Origin: Rhina ancylostomus
Taxonomy: Eukaryota
NCBI GenBank assembly: GCA_030265395.1
Contig: JARFYF010000063.1
Coordinates: 104,089,635 to 104,153,634 of the forward strand
Length of the DNA stretch: 64,000 nt
Direction of reading: 5' to 3'
Below the pieces are notes generated by a model. It searched no databases and was not told the DNA's origin. It was given only the letters and a program-made list of their open reading frames with translations. How positions within the stretch are numbered: the first letter of the stretch is position 1; each line of letters begins with the position of its first letter. The position numbers and the translations under genes were made by a program. This document shows positions 49,490 through 63,055 of this stretch, piece after piece.

Positions 49490-50900
49490 TTGATGCAAAA
49501 AAAAAGTTGACTTCACCTTTTTCTTGAGGACGGCATAATACCACATCTATATCTTATCCCTAGTGGAGCAGGTTTTGGCAGTGGGAGCAGTCCCAATGGA
49601 CCATAGTCCCATGAATATGGAAGTTGATAGGTGGGGGGTTGGCTGGGCATGTGGAGGTGAGGATAATGGAAGCTCAGAAATGGTCCTTAAGGAAAGGGCA
49701 ATGAGCAGAAGTGTGAGAAGTGGAACAAATGTGGCTGAAGGCCCTGTCAATCACATCAGAGGAAAATGCTTGAAAGGGGCATAGAAGGGAGCATCATCAG
49801 AACATCTGAAATGGAAACGCTTAGAATGAAGTCATTTCTGGAAGAATGATGGAAAAAAGTATACTTGAGATGATGATGTGGTTATGGTGGATGAAAATCT
49901 AAAGCACTGTGGATGGTGAAAATATGAAATAAAAGCAAAATGCCAGAAGCACTCAGCAGGTCAGGCAGCGTCAGTGTGAAGAGAAGCAGAGTTAACATTT
50001 TGAGTCATTGACCTTTCTTTGGAACCAGAGAAATGAGAAAGCAAACGTGTTTTGCCTTGTAGAGAGGGGCTGATTTTGCCATTGAACCCATCTTTCCTCT
50101 CATCTTTCAGCATTTTGATGGGACTGTTCCCTTCATATCTCATTGGTTTGCTCTTCCATCTCTGCAAACCACTCTCCTTGCAGCACATTCCCTTGCAACT
50201 TAGGAGGTGCAATATGTGTCCTCTTACCTCGTCCCTTCACATAATTTAGGGACCAAAATATTTTAAGTTAACTTGCACTTCTTGTAATGATCAAGTCTAC
50301 ATTGGAGAAACCAAATAGAGATTGGATGAATGCTTTGCACGATACTTCAGTTCAGTCTGCAAGGATGACCCTGAGCTTCCAGGTGCCTGTCACCAGTTTT
50401 CTATTTCGCTCTGAGCTCTGTCTTTGGCCTCCTACACTGCTCCAAAGATGGCTAGCAAGAGCTTGAGGAACAGCAACTTCAATCAAGGCATGTTGCAGTC
50501 CTCTGAAATCGATCTTGAATTCAACAGTTTTGGATAATCAACCTTTTTGTGTTTAAGTCAAGGATGACTTGTTCGTATGCAAGAGTGTCCAGCTTCACTC
50601 CATTTTTCTCCCTCCACAGATGCCACTGGGTGTTTCCAGTATTCTCTTTTTGCTTCACATTTCCACAACTACCTCTTGACAGTTCCAGCGTGTTGTTTTA
50701 CTTTTTTAAATTCTTTCTTGAATTGTCTTCATTTATCTATTATATAGATGGCTGTAAAAGCATTGCACCACCTGGACTATCACGGAATTTCCTTTGTTCT
50801 TTTACCCGTCCCCTTCTCTGTCGTTTAAAATGCACTTTTCTCATTTCTCTATTTCTGGTGAAGGGTTACTGATCTGAATCATTAATTGTTTCTGTATTTT
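49490..50900. mobile_element. Decayed Penelope-like retroelement with an inverted arrangement: minus-strand RT remnant, pLTR arm, plus-strand GIY-YIG remnant, pLTR arm
   Basis: Plus strand 50188-50222 FPCN.RRCNMCP (Cys linker) and from 50298 YIGETK*RLDECFA...DPELPGACH (GIY-YIG). Minus strand ~49780-49850 CSDDA-like RT C-terminal remnant. pLTR arms at 49920-50030 and 50560-50670. Confidence 0.65.
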
Positions 50901-51369
50901 CTGTATCTCTGCTTATAGTGGATATAGACTGGTGGTCTTTCTTCAGAAATAGAGTGTGCAAGGAAAAGTTTTTAAATATTTGCATGGGTGTAACTCCTTT
51001 TAATATCCCTTTTTAGAGGAAGTGTTTTGCAGCCAGTGAAGTGGTCTTGTGCTATAAGATCTGGAGATGAAACATATGAAGGACAGAAATTGAGAGCAAA
51101 AGCATTCTAATCATTGTATCAACAAAGAAGTAGAGTCATAGAATTATACAGCACAGAAACGGGCCCTTCGGCCCAACTCGTCCATGCTGACAAGTAAGGG
51201 AGGCAATCTCAGGGTTGGAAAAAAATGTTTAATACATTACACAAACGGCAGGCATACATTCTCTTGGCAACACTTTTTTTTAGAGGAAGTTGGTGTGAAA
51301 AGAAAAGTTACTCAGTGGGAACAAGTTCTACTAAATGAGGACAATTGACCATTATTTAAGATAACATCT

Positions 51370-52700
51370 CCAAAATCCCTTTCTTATCCAAATTCTTTGA
51401 GCATCTTGTCCCCTCATTCATGCCCTTCCCCTCATTTGCATTTGAGTCCCTACAGTGTGGCTTCTGGCCTACCACAGTATTGAAGCTACCCTTCACAAAG
51501 TCGGACTTGACATTCTTTGCAATCTTGATTATGGTAAACTATCCCTCTTCACTTTTCTTACTTGATTTCAACCTGTCAAATCCAACTTCCCAATTCTCTT
51601 CCCACCTCTTCTCCATTGTCAAGCTGGATTGTTCCATTCCAGCTTGGTTAAGTTCCTAGTGAATCATGGGGAATAAAGCCCTGACCTGATTTCTTCTCAC
51701 TTCTCTACAGTTGCCCAAGTGTCATTTCTTCATCCTGTTCTATTTGATTGCATTCCAATCTTGGTGATTTGAAGAAAATAATTGCAGATCTATGAGGAGA
51801 GGATCACAGAATGGGACTGGCTGCATTGCACTTGCAGAGACCTGGCACAAACTCTTAAGTTCAAATGGCTGCCTCCTCTGTGACCATTCTCTCTAATTGT
51901 GCGAAGGCATAATGGGTTCCACATGCTGGTCATGTTTCCTTGGCTTCACCTCAAATGCCTTCCTAAACTGCTACTCCATGTTAGATTGGTTGTGCTGTTT
52001 AGTCAATAAACAGTTCTGAATGAGCGTAAATTTTCTGCACAACAAAATATAGAGAACTCTGGAGCTATTGCCTTCAGTCTCCACCATAAGTTTTACTCCC
52101 TTGATATCATTTCCATCCTAGGAAATTGTCTTGAGACAGACGAAGGCATTTTACCCCTTTTAATTTTTGATACTTCTGTAACCAACAGAATTACTCCATT
52201 ACTAAAACTGCCTTTTTCCCCCTTCTGATATTGCCCAGATTAACCTCTGAAATTTAGTTTTTGTGAATTAAGTTTTCAAGTTTATTTTAATTAACATTTA
52301 AAATTTGTGAATGTCTAATAATTACATACTGCCTTCAGAACATAGCCAGTCTCTACACTATGTCAACATATCTGCTGATAGAAACCCTCAGCTGTCCTTT
52401 TGTTACCTGATGACTTAATATTTCATTGCTGTCCTTGCCAATCTTCTCTACTCTCCATGAGCACATCAGAAACTCTCCATATTGTTAATTACACCTAACC
52501 TTGTTCACTACCCTTTTTCTTTATGCTCACTAGGCTCCGTTGGCTTCTGTTCTATAGATATTTGATTTTAAAATTTTCATTCCAATATTCAAATCCCTTC
52601 ATAGACCCTCTTCCAGTTTTATCTCTCAGCTTTATCCTTTCATTCTCTAAGATCTTCACACCTCTCTGCTTCTTAATGCATCCCAAATGCCCTTTGTTTC
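51370..52700 (+). mobile_element. Old L2-like LINE remnant in FLVCR1 intron 1
   Basis: catctccaaaatccctttcttatccaaattctttgagc; tttgagtccctacagtgtggcttctggcctaccacagtattgaa; atgctcactaggctccgttggcttc...ttttaaaatt. Confidence 0.5.
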
Positions 52701-53046
52701 CTCCATTGGAAGCAGAGGATTTGTTGGATATATGTAAAGGACTGATCCAACATTTGTCATTACAGTTTCACAGCCAGAACTCTGCAATGTTTTAAATCTT
52801 AATTTGCACTCAGGTGTATCTGGGTGAAAATGGGGGAGTGAAATTCCCCTCTTAATCTTGCATTGTAATTTCATCTGTACCTTAGTAAAAATTTCAGATT
52901 ATCAGTTTATTCAAGTCACTGCAGGTAAAATTAAATACTGGGAATTGAATTCTGATACTTGCGAGTATTACAGATGGATTATTTTTATTTAGATCGTTGA
53001 AAACACTATTTTCATACAAATTTTCGTTTGTTACTATGTTTCGCAG

Positions 53047-53191
53047 CTTGGTGTGGCTTTTGGTTTTCTTTTACCTCCAATTTTGGTGCCTAATACTCCA
53101 GATGATCTTGATCTGATGGCAAGCAACATAAGTATATTGTTCTATGGAACAGCAGCAATAGCCACAGTGTTGTTCATCCTGGTTGTAGCAG
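53047..53191 (+). CDS. FLVCR1: FLVCR1 coding exon 2 (145 nt)
   Basis: Acceptor tttcgcag|CTT, donor GCAG|gtaagt. Encodes [48 protein letters not shown]; phase matches exon 1. Confidence 0.95.
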
Positions 53192-56099
53192 GTAAGTTCA
53201 TTTCACTTCGTTCTAACATCAAGTGGTAGTTTATATTTTTGGTTCCATATTCATCCTGTTTTATTATATTTATATAATGTATCACACAGCAAAATCACAC
53301 TATAATTTTACATTGTGGAGTCGTCAACAAGTAAAGACAGGATAGATAGTAGCTTTTGAATTTTTTTTGTATTTGTACATTTTCTCTCATTCACGGTTTT
53401 AAATTTGCGTACGATAGACCCCCTTGCTTAACTTTAGCAACTATACAGGTACAAGTTGCATTCTGGGATCAATTTGGGCATCATAACATAAGCATCAAAA
53501 TTGCTGCAGAAAATTCTTGAATGTGGGTCCATTCCAGAACTGCAGAATAGACTTTTCCCACATGGCACCCTGCTTATAGAATAGCATAAAATACATCGAG
53601 CATTGTCCAAAATAAAACATGTTAATGAATTTGAACTGGTGAAAAATCTATGCTCAGAATACCATCTTTATTTCTGAATATCTTTCTATCAAAAGAAAAA
53701 TTACATCCTTTTAACACCTATTTAAATATCTGTCATTGAAGTCTTGTGGAGAAAGCATCTTAGTAAGTAAGACTGAATTATCAAGACCTATTTGATCAAA
53801 GTCAGACAGGCATAATCAGCCTTTAGATAGTGGAGTACTAAATCAGCTTTCTAAATTGGTAACTGTAGATGTTTTGCTTTTATAGTGAGTTTGAATTGAA
53901 TGCATCTACTTTGGTCACCTTGACTCATACAAACATTTCCTAGGCTACCAAATTTTTGGACTACCTACAATATGATACAGGCCAGAAAAAGACCACTTTT
54001 TTTTATTTTGGCTCTGAAAAACCTAACCAATTAGTTGTGCCTCCTCACCCCCCGAGCAACCACACCAAGGCTCTTTATGCAAGGCCCTGCAAGGTTTTGC
54101 ATTTCAATTATGTTGACCACATTTTGTGCAAATAAGAATTTTTTTATGCCGTCAGTATTCTCTTGTTTTGTATCTCAATTTTCTACTAATATTTGGTTAA
54201 CACAAAGCCTGGTGCATATTTGAAATGTTTGTAACCATTGTTGAAAAATGATCCATGCCTGTTTTGACCGGTATGCAAGACCAGTTTTTTTCACTGTACC
54301 TCGGTACAAATGACAATAATAAACCAATACCAAGTTGTTATGTGGTGGAGAACCGATTTATTCCTTGTGTGGAGTAGAACACCTATGATAATATAAGCTC
54401 TGCATTTTGTAACATACCCAGAACATGAAATAATATTAGGAATTGAGCACCTAAAGCCACTTCCACTATTAAATCATTTCAGTTGTTCTGATCTTAGACT
54501 CAAATCCACTTTCCTGTCTGTTCCCCATAATCTTGACTCCCCTATCATGCAGAAAGAGGAGAATGTGAGAAAACCAGGTAAAAGGAGATATTTTTAATAA
54601 AAAGCATGTAACCAAGGAAAACCAGTAACTCTTTCTATATTACATTGGAATAGGCATATCTTTCTGTTTTTATCTGAAACTAAATTGTAAATAAGAGGCG
54701 CAAGTAAATAAACCCAAGTAAGTAAATAAATTAACAGGATTCTTGGTGATCCTTCGATTACAACTAGCTCCTGTTTATATTATCTGGGTCAGGTCCTGCT
54801 CAGGCTTTTTAACCCCTTTGATGATAGCTATTTCCTGAAATATCTATAGTCCAAGTAAAAATGAAAATGNNNNNNNNNNNNNNNNNNNNNNNNNNNNNNN
54901 NNNNNNNNNNNNNNNNNNNCATTAATTGTAAAGCTGCAGGAGACTTGAAATCTGGTAACCTGAACTAATTCAAGTCTCACCCCCAATTGCTGCCACTTCC
55001 TGTCACATGATTAATTTTTTTTCTTTAAGTGAATGCCATTAAATTGGAGCAGAAAATGCCAAAGACCTAAATAAGTGCTAGCAGTGTTGGCAAGTAAAAT
55101 TTTGTAATTTTCTTTTCATTGTCATGAACTGCATCTTGTACAAAACTACACACACATCCATTCACATGCCATTTGCCCACTCTTCTCCCATTTTTGTTAA
55201 CCTGCTTGAGGCTCCCTAATCTCCAAAGCATTGTTTAAAACCATTATCCTTCAAATACTTTCAAAGAATCCTCCACTCCTCACACTCAGTTGCCTTCAGT
55301 GTTATTTATAGTTATAACCTTGCAATCTCCATTTCTTATTTTTAACTCTCCTGTTTAACTCTCCTCACCGCTTCTGGCTCCGTCATATAAGCAAAATTTA
55401 ATGGTTTAATGATCCATTAAGAAAACAGTAATTTAAGGATAACAGAAGGAGGTAAAACATTGCAGCCCTAATTTTTGAATGTGCACCTTATGAGTGTAGC
55501 TCAGTTAAGTATGGAGTTGTATCTGTTTTTGTATTGTTTGGAGTTTGTGTTCTCCAGCTTGGAGGGCATTTTGTACTTTTAAGTGAATGTCAACTATTTG
55601 TAAGTGATTTTTCTGTTTAGTTTTGCTACATTATCTACTATATTTTTTTCATGTCTGTGTCTGTGATTTTTTTTATTTTCTGAATTAATTTTGCAAGTGC
55701 ATAGAATATGGTTAACCTTGAGGTGTTTGTTAACTTTGTTCTGCTCGCTTCACAGAAGTCAAATTATACATAATTGAACCATTTGACTTGCCAATAATAT
55801 ACTGTTTATGGTTTCAGAAGCTTTCTGGGTGGTATCTTTGTAGGTAGACTTTGTAACCACTTTCTTAAAGTAGTAGGATGATGTCTAGAAATGACAGTTA
55901 AAATTTCCATCTGGAGTAAACTTTGAAATATCAAGTCAATGGAAGTTGTTTCGGTTATGAGAATTTGATCTGTATTTTACATCCTTGTGATACTATTGCA
56001 TAAATCTTAGCTGGGATTTGCAGGCCATTTTTAATTTGTGTAGGCTGAAATTTGACTTACTTTGTTTAGTATCTTACTATCTTCTTTTTCCCTACTTAG

Positions 56100-56237
56100 T
56101 ATTTAAGGACAAACCTCCACTTCCTCCAAGCCAGTCCCAAGCAGTGCTTTTGGACAGCCCTGATGAGTATTCCTACAAACAATCGATTGTAAATTTGTTT
56201 AAGAGTGTTCCATTTGTGCTACTGCTACTAAGTTATG
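56100..56237 (+). CDS. FLVCR1: FLVCR1 coding exon 3 (138 nt)
   Basis: Pyrimidine tract and cttag|TA acceptor, donor TATG|gtaaga. Encodes (V)[45 protein letters not shown](G). Confidence 0.95.
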
Positions 56238-57132
56238 GTAAGAATTTCTATTTTACTTCTGGATTTTAACACTCCAATATTTATTTTGGTTTAATAGGTA
56301 ACAAATAGTTATTTTCCATTTTAATTTGTTCTCGAAGAGGTGAGAGATTTTCATAACTGTTAGTGAAGATTCCACCATTATACTAGTTTTGCTAGTCCAT
56401 TTCTTCCATTTGTTGAAGATGTCTGATATAAAGAGATATGAATCGCAGGGGTACAATTGCAAGAGAAGCACCAAAACACTGTGGTACAACCAAAGCCTTA
56501 CAGAAAAGCACTTAAAAGTATTCACAGCAGGGTTTTTGTACCAGCAAGGTTTGTTTTGTAGTGCAGTCAGCATCTAGTTATGATGTAAGCTTTAGTCTGC
56601 AAGCTGTTATTTTTTTGTTGTGATGTAGAAGAATTTTTTTTCAGCTTCTGCTATTTAAAACGTATTCCATCTTCTCCAACATTGATAATCATTCCCCACA
56701 TTTTCTCTACATGGCTACTTCTGTTACTGTCTGGGTTCACTACCTCAAAAGAAAACTGAGATTAGAAGCTTAGGGTTCTTTGGCCTGGTACTAATCTAAC
56801 AGACGTAACCTAAATTGAAATCAGCTGCTGATTGATGTGCTTTAATCGATGGATTGCCTGTTAGCAATTCACAGTACTATGAAATACAGACTTGCACCTA
56901 TACAGCATCTTTCACAGCCTCAGGGATGTTAGTTGAGATTTCATTTAGACCTTGATGAACCATAGCTTTGAATTAGTTGGTATACTGAACAGAGTTAAGA
57001 TTTCCAAATCTTTCTGACATTCCAGAGGAAGTAAATGAACAAGAAAATTAGGAATATAACAAAATGCATAGTTTTAGGAAATGTGATCCTTCGTTTGACA
57101 GTAGTAATGCTTGCATTTTTAATATTTTCTAG

Positions 57133-57200
57133 GTATTCTGACAGGGTCATATTATTCAGTAGGAACACTATTAAATCAAATGATCATTGCTCACTATGAG
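57133..57200 (+). CDS. FLVCR1: FLVCR1 coding exon 4 (68 nt)
   Basis: ttttctag|GT acceptor, GAG|gtaagt donor. Encodes (G)ILTGSYYSVGTLLNQMIIAHYE; TLLNQM is FLVCR1-type. Confidence 0.95.
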
Positions 57201-57764
57201 GTAAGTAAGCCTTTATATTAACTAACTTAGTTCCTTAATTCACTTATGGAATGTGCTGTGTGGGTCATCATTATTGAAATGATGTCCACACTATTAATGG
57301 AATCTGTTTTTGAACATAAATGCATAAAATGGAGATAACTGATTGAATAACTTAGTTGCCTTCTCTTCATGCACTACCAATTTGCTACCATCTCTACCAA
57401 TTTTTGGTTTATTAGAGTTGAAAGTGAAATTAGAGGTAGTGATATAGTTCCATATTCAGTTAGCTTGTTGTTATTTCTCCAACCTTATTTTGTACACTGT
57501 GTTTTGTATATAGATGTCAGTTTATCAAACAGGGTTGCATGTTTTTATAGGTGCATTGATATTTTGTGGAAGGCATGAAGTTAATCACTTAATTAAATAT
57601 TCTTCTGACCTGCTGTTATTCAATGGAAGCCATTGGTGCAGTTTGAAGTTTAGCCATTTATGCTTAATTATTATGTGAAATAAGCAACAAAGGTCCCATG
57701 AGAAATTTAGTATGCACATAGAATTCTATATTTCATTCTGAAAGTTATGTTTTTTGTTTGCAAG

Positions 57765-57868
57765 GGACAAGAATTGAATGCTGGGAGAATTGGACTAACT
57801 TTAGTGGTATCAGGGATGGTAGGTTCCATCATCTCTGGTTTCTGGGTGGACCGTACAAAGGCATACAA
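57765..57868 (+). CDS. FLVCR1: FLVCR1 coding exon 5 (104 nt)
   Basis: tttgtttgcaag|GGA acceptor, ACAA|gtgagt donor. Encodes [34 protein letters not shown](K). Confidence 0.95.
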
Positions 57869-60145
57869 GTGAGTATATCACTCCACTGTAGCATGAGTAA
57901 AGAACCTAAATGTTTATTATTTAAGTACAATGATAATACTGATTTTTTTTTTGCATTGTTCTTGGATTTTCAAACCTTTTGGTTAATATAATGACTTCAT
58001 TTAACTAAGCGAAGGTGACTAAGCCTCACCTTGTTCTTTTCAGTTATGTTATTCTGGGCATTATTTTGATGCCAATTTGAAGAGTGTTTCCTTCTGATTT
58101 TATTCATTAATGAATATTGACAGTAATTAATGAGCAATTACTAAAATGATTCAGCTGTCGGTTGTTGCCAAATATTTTAAATTTGTCTCTGAGGTCCTGA
58201 ATTATTAACTTTCTGCTATCAAAGACATTAGATTATAATCTGTATGTATAAACTCCCATGTAATTATAATTCTACTTGCATTTATTGTTGGAATGTAAAC
58301 AGTTAATTTTTAAAGCACATTTATTTCTTGTAAATTTCCTCTTTTATTTTCTTCATACCACGCCTTCAGTGAATATTGGATGAAAAGACTGGCTGTGTAT
58401 TTTTAGATTAGATGAAAAGAACTAAATTTTTACTACTTTAGGTCCAATTCCAGACTTTTTCCACAACAAAGCAGGTGCTTATAGTTGATCCAACTAACTG
58501 GTGATCAGTTTTTGTTAGTTTTTTATCCCCTTTGGAATTCTGTGACGGAAAGCTTACTGATACTCTTGTGATGCCCAATATACAGAATTGTTTTTTGTTT
58601 TAATCAAATTATCTGAAATTCATTAACTTATTTGCTAATGAATTCTATAACGAAGTACCCCTCATTCTATGGGAATCAGCTAATTAATATATATTAAAAA
58701 ATGGGAATGGAAGCTGAACTGGAACCTATATTTAAAAGGTACTGAGTATGAAAGTAAATTGCCTGGACTTTCAGTATTAAGCCCTTGACACTGACATACA
58801 AGTCTAATTACATTTTGCTCCAAGTTATTAATATAATTTTATTATAGTAGTGTGACTGTCTGAATTATAACTCAAACTGGCTGTAATTCATTAGATATTC
58901 AGCTGGTAATTCTGTGCAACTCGATTATTATCCCATTCTTTGATGACCTTTGGGGCCCAAATGTATACAGACCTTTCTGAAGCAGTAGAATAAAATTCTA
59001 ACAGTCTGCTCTCTGGTTATTTGGAAATCCCAATGGTTTAGCATCTAGCTCACCATGTGATGTTTCCCAAACTCCATTCAAACTTAACAAGGGTCCTGTT
59101 TCCTGCACTTCTTGAAACTTAATTGATCCACTGGAAAATTTATTGACATTCTTTTGATGGTGTGTGAATCGGACTAAAATCCAAGAGTCCAGAAAATTTG
59201 CCAGTCTGTGATAGTAGGATGTTTGTCAAATTTAAATCAAATTGACTCCCATCAATCGTATCAATGACAAGAATGTTTAAACTTCTGTTTGTCAGTCCAT
59301 ACCTGTGCTAGAACAGGTTTGGACTAATCAGCTTCTTGGAGGCTGACCTACCATTAATTCACAGCTGTTACACCTCCAATCTGTTTACCCACCTGTAGTC
59401 CATATAGCTTGAAAACATATGACAAAAAAAAATCAATCTGTCTTGGGAACATCTGAATAGACAAAAAAACTAGTTTTTACAAGAGTGGTTCCATACATCC
59501 ACAACCTAAGACAGCATTAATGTTTAAGATTATGATCTTGGTTTGTGGATTTCCCTTTCATTAATTCCTATAACATGATTAAGCCCTTTAGCCTTCTAAA
59601 TTCAAGCAATTGTAAGCCAGTGTTTTGAACTCCTTGACATCAGACTCCTGAAATGCATTCTATTCCGAGCTCTGTCATGGGAAGGAATTATCAGACAGGA
59701 AAAGATTCAGTGCTCAAGTTTCCTTGAAATGCAGCATCCCCACTGATTCTTGTGAATCTCTGATCTATGACTGTTCAAAGTTGAGGAGGAGCATTTGGGA
59801 TAATATTAGAGAACTTTTTCCTCTCTTTTGCACTTAACTAATTTGCCCTATTTCCTTCAGTGTCATTCCTCTGTTGATAGATCTTTAAATTTCATTATTT
59901 GTGGTAACTGAATTTTGGTTCTGTTGATCACAGAATACCATTGTATGTTTTCTGTGACAGTATTGTCAATTCTTACTTTAGCAATTCATGTGCAAAATTT
60001 CCCCCTCAAAGATGAAGAGGAAAAGATCAAATTGGGAATGCTGTAGTTTCATAAGCAGAATTCTGAAGTCTTAATGGACATGCTTTATTATTTGCTTACC
60101 AAAAGCTGATTTAAATGTTGTAAAGGACTTTTTTTTCTTCTACAG

Positions 60146-60256
60146 GCAGACCACCCTTGCAGTCTACATTATTTCATTTATTGGAATGCTCGTTTTCACC
60201 TTCACATTAAGTCTTGGCCATATCGAAGTAGTCTTTGTGACAGCGGGAGTCTTGGG
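60146..60256 (+). CDS. FLVCR1: FLVCR1 coding exon 6 (111 nt); gene continues beyond the window
   Basis: ttttcttctacag|G acceptor, TTGGG|gtaaga donor. Encodes [36 protein letters not shown](G). Confidence 0.95.
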
Positions 60257-62859
60257 GTAAGAGGCCATTATGTCTTTCAACAAAGTAGGTTAGGGAATGC
60301 TCTTACGTGTGTTTGGGATAAAATGTTCAGAGAGCTGCAACTGTTGTTGGATATACTAGAACATTGAAAATATTGGTTGTCAATGTTTATTAAATTGATA
60401 TTTTAGAACTACCACTTCAAAGCAACATAATAAACATTCAAATATAAATATTATAGCTGTTAGGATACAGTATTTGACAATGTGGACATCTGCTAAAGAA
60501 TCTTGGTGTCTTTTTTTATCCTTGGCAACTTTTGTCCCTCTTTATATTTTTGGTATTGACTCTGAACTAGGGTACAGTTTTAAACTAACCTTGATGATGT
60601 ATAAACTTGTTGAATAATAACTGGGTACTCTTCTTCAGAGGGCTACATTTTGAGACCTACCTGTTGTGACCTGATACCCATGTGTACATCTTCTGCAAGG
60701 GTTTCAGGATAGCAATCAGAATTGGGAACTCTGCCCTTCCTTTTCACCTCTTATCAATGGAGTAAGGACCATTCTGTGCCCCTGCATTGGCTTAAGATTT
60801 GCTAACTGAATACAGAATGAGAGCTGCATGGTCTGTTTAAGCTACCTTGGGTAAACTTGCTGAGCCATCAGGGGAGTCTGGTGCCTCTGACTTGTCCATA
60901 AAATTATTTGTATTAAGTAAGCAAATTCTGGCAATTGCAACTTTTGCAGTCTTGGCTTTTTTTGCAAGCTTAAGAGCCAAATATGTTATGGGAACAGAAT
61001 GATTTCACTGTAGACCTGCTATTTAAGTGTAACTTAGGATCATAATTAGAATCTTTTGTAGCCACTTTAATCATGACATTTATTAATAATTAACAAATGC
61101 TACTGTTTAATAATTGTGACCCAGTGTTAAGAGTTGCAAACAGTTCTTTGAGCTATCATGTTAATGGTTGCTGCCTCTGCTTTAGCACTCACAAGGAGTG
61201 ACAGCCCTTGAGTTCAGATAACGTCTTGGTTTATGTAAAACATGGGATCCCCTTGTTTTTTTTTCTTAATGCAAATAATGCCAGAATGATAAATATTCCA
61301 AGAATATTATTAACTGCTTAGCAGTAATCTGGTTTACTATATTCAATTAATTAGTCAACAAATTCAAACATTAAATCTTTATGGGAATGAGCTTCCCCCT
61401 GAGCCCTTCGCTGAGATGTAATGGAATCATTATCAAGTTTATTTGTGACAATGTATCCGCTTTTTATTGTTCTTTAATACCTGTTAGGGACATAATGTTT
61501 TTTAAAATGTTTGTAGGTGGCCCAGTGGTGTACTAACATGTTGCGCCACAGAGTAATGGACATGGGTTCACCGCGCGATTCCTTGTATGGTGAGTTCTTG
61601 ATCTCAACCAGTTAGTCTAGGGGAGAGATTTCCCCAGAGAAAGGGAGGGAAGTCAACTGTACACCTCCAACAGCTGGTTCAAGAGCACTATTAACAAAAA
61701 CTTGGGAAGAGGTGGTCATCCCACCTTTCACTAGAGGCTGAGAAAATAATTCTCAGAGCTGAGTGGAATAACTAAATTCCCATCCCAGCTTTGACCTGTT
61801 GAGGTTTGACCTTCTCATTCAGAGGTGAGCAAACCAAATGTAATGAGTTGTGTCCGTAGCGCACACTAAGAACTGCCTATACTGCAGCAGTTACCCTTAC
61901 AGCTGTCTGTAAGAGTTTATTGACTAATGCACTGGGACCAAACAATAAGTAAGAAATAAAGATGTTCTATTGCATTGGTTAAAGTTCTTTTATTAACCTG
62001 TTGGAAAAATTGTTCCTTTCCATTTCTGAAATGTAAAATGCAAATTATAAATATATGCACATTAGATGTCTTGCAACAAGTCTTATTTCACTTATCCAGT
62101 ACCACTCAGTATTTTGCAACCTAATATGCTAGTTTAATTGTTATATCTCTATCCCTCTACTGTGGGATGTAGTGATATATTTTATCTTTCTTTTCCTAAG
62201 TCAGAGTTTAGTAGTTTTATTGAATATTTAATGAACTGGATTGAATAAATTTGTTTTACACTCACTTCTCTAAGCTCTAACATTTTTCTAATTTGACATG
62301 TCTGACATATATGTACAATTTAGTTGTCTGCAGTGTTGAATTATTAACTTGACTATCAGTTTTGCAACTTTTTTCTTCATGTGATACCCCATTTGTAGTG
62401 GTGAACACGCACTGAATAAGCATACAGTTTGACCTTCGTGACTATAAACCGCACAAGTGAAAGATGATTTTCTGGAAACACTCACTTCAGTATGTGCCCA
62501 AAAATTGGAGGGGGTCAGGCTTTTGATTTTTCTTTAAACCTCCTTTTATTTGTTCAATTCTTCTAAACCAACTTGTACCATCTCTGCTGCTGTTTTGTCA
62601 AATTCTGTAGGGACACAAGCATGCTCTGTGTACAATAACTTGTATAAATGCAGTTTTTTTTTCCTTTTTCAAAAAAGAGCAGTGTATTTTCCAGTACATC
62701 TTTGAACTCTTTTCAATGAAGCCAGAAATGTATTGTACTACTTGGACTCAGAAAGCTGACCTGAATGTAGGGCAGTTTTATCTAATAAAAGTTGGAATTG
62801 TTAACATGATTAACTGACTTTTGTTGCATTGCCAAAACATTTCATAGAAATCAGTGAAA

Positions 62860-63055
62860 ATCAAGAAAACTGCAGATGTTGGAATTCTAAAATAAAAAAG
62901 AAAATGTTGGGAATACTCAGAAGGTCAAGGCACATCTTTGGGAAGGAAAACAGATAATGTTTAAGGTTCTTTGATGTGAAACTATATCTCTATTTCTCTT
63001 CCCACAAATGCTGCCTGACCTTGAGTTTTTCCAATATTTTCTGTTTTTATATTGG
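62860..63055. mobile_element. Penelope-derived palindromic element in FLVCR1 intron 6
   Basis: ctgcagatgttggaattctaaaataaaaagaaaatgttggg...ggtcaaggcacatc / cccacaaatgctgcctgaccttgagtttttccaatattttctg. Confidence 0.6.
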
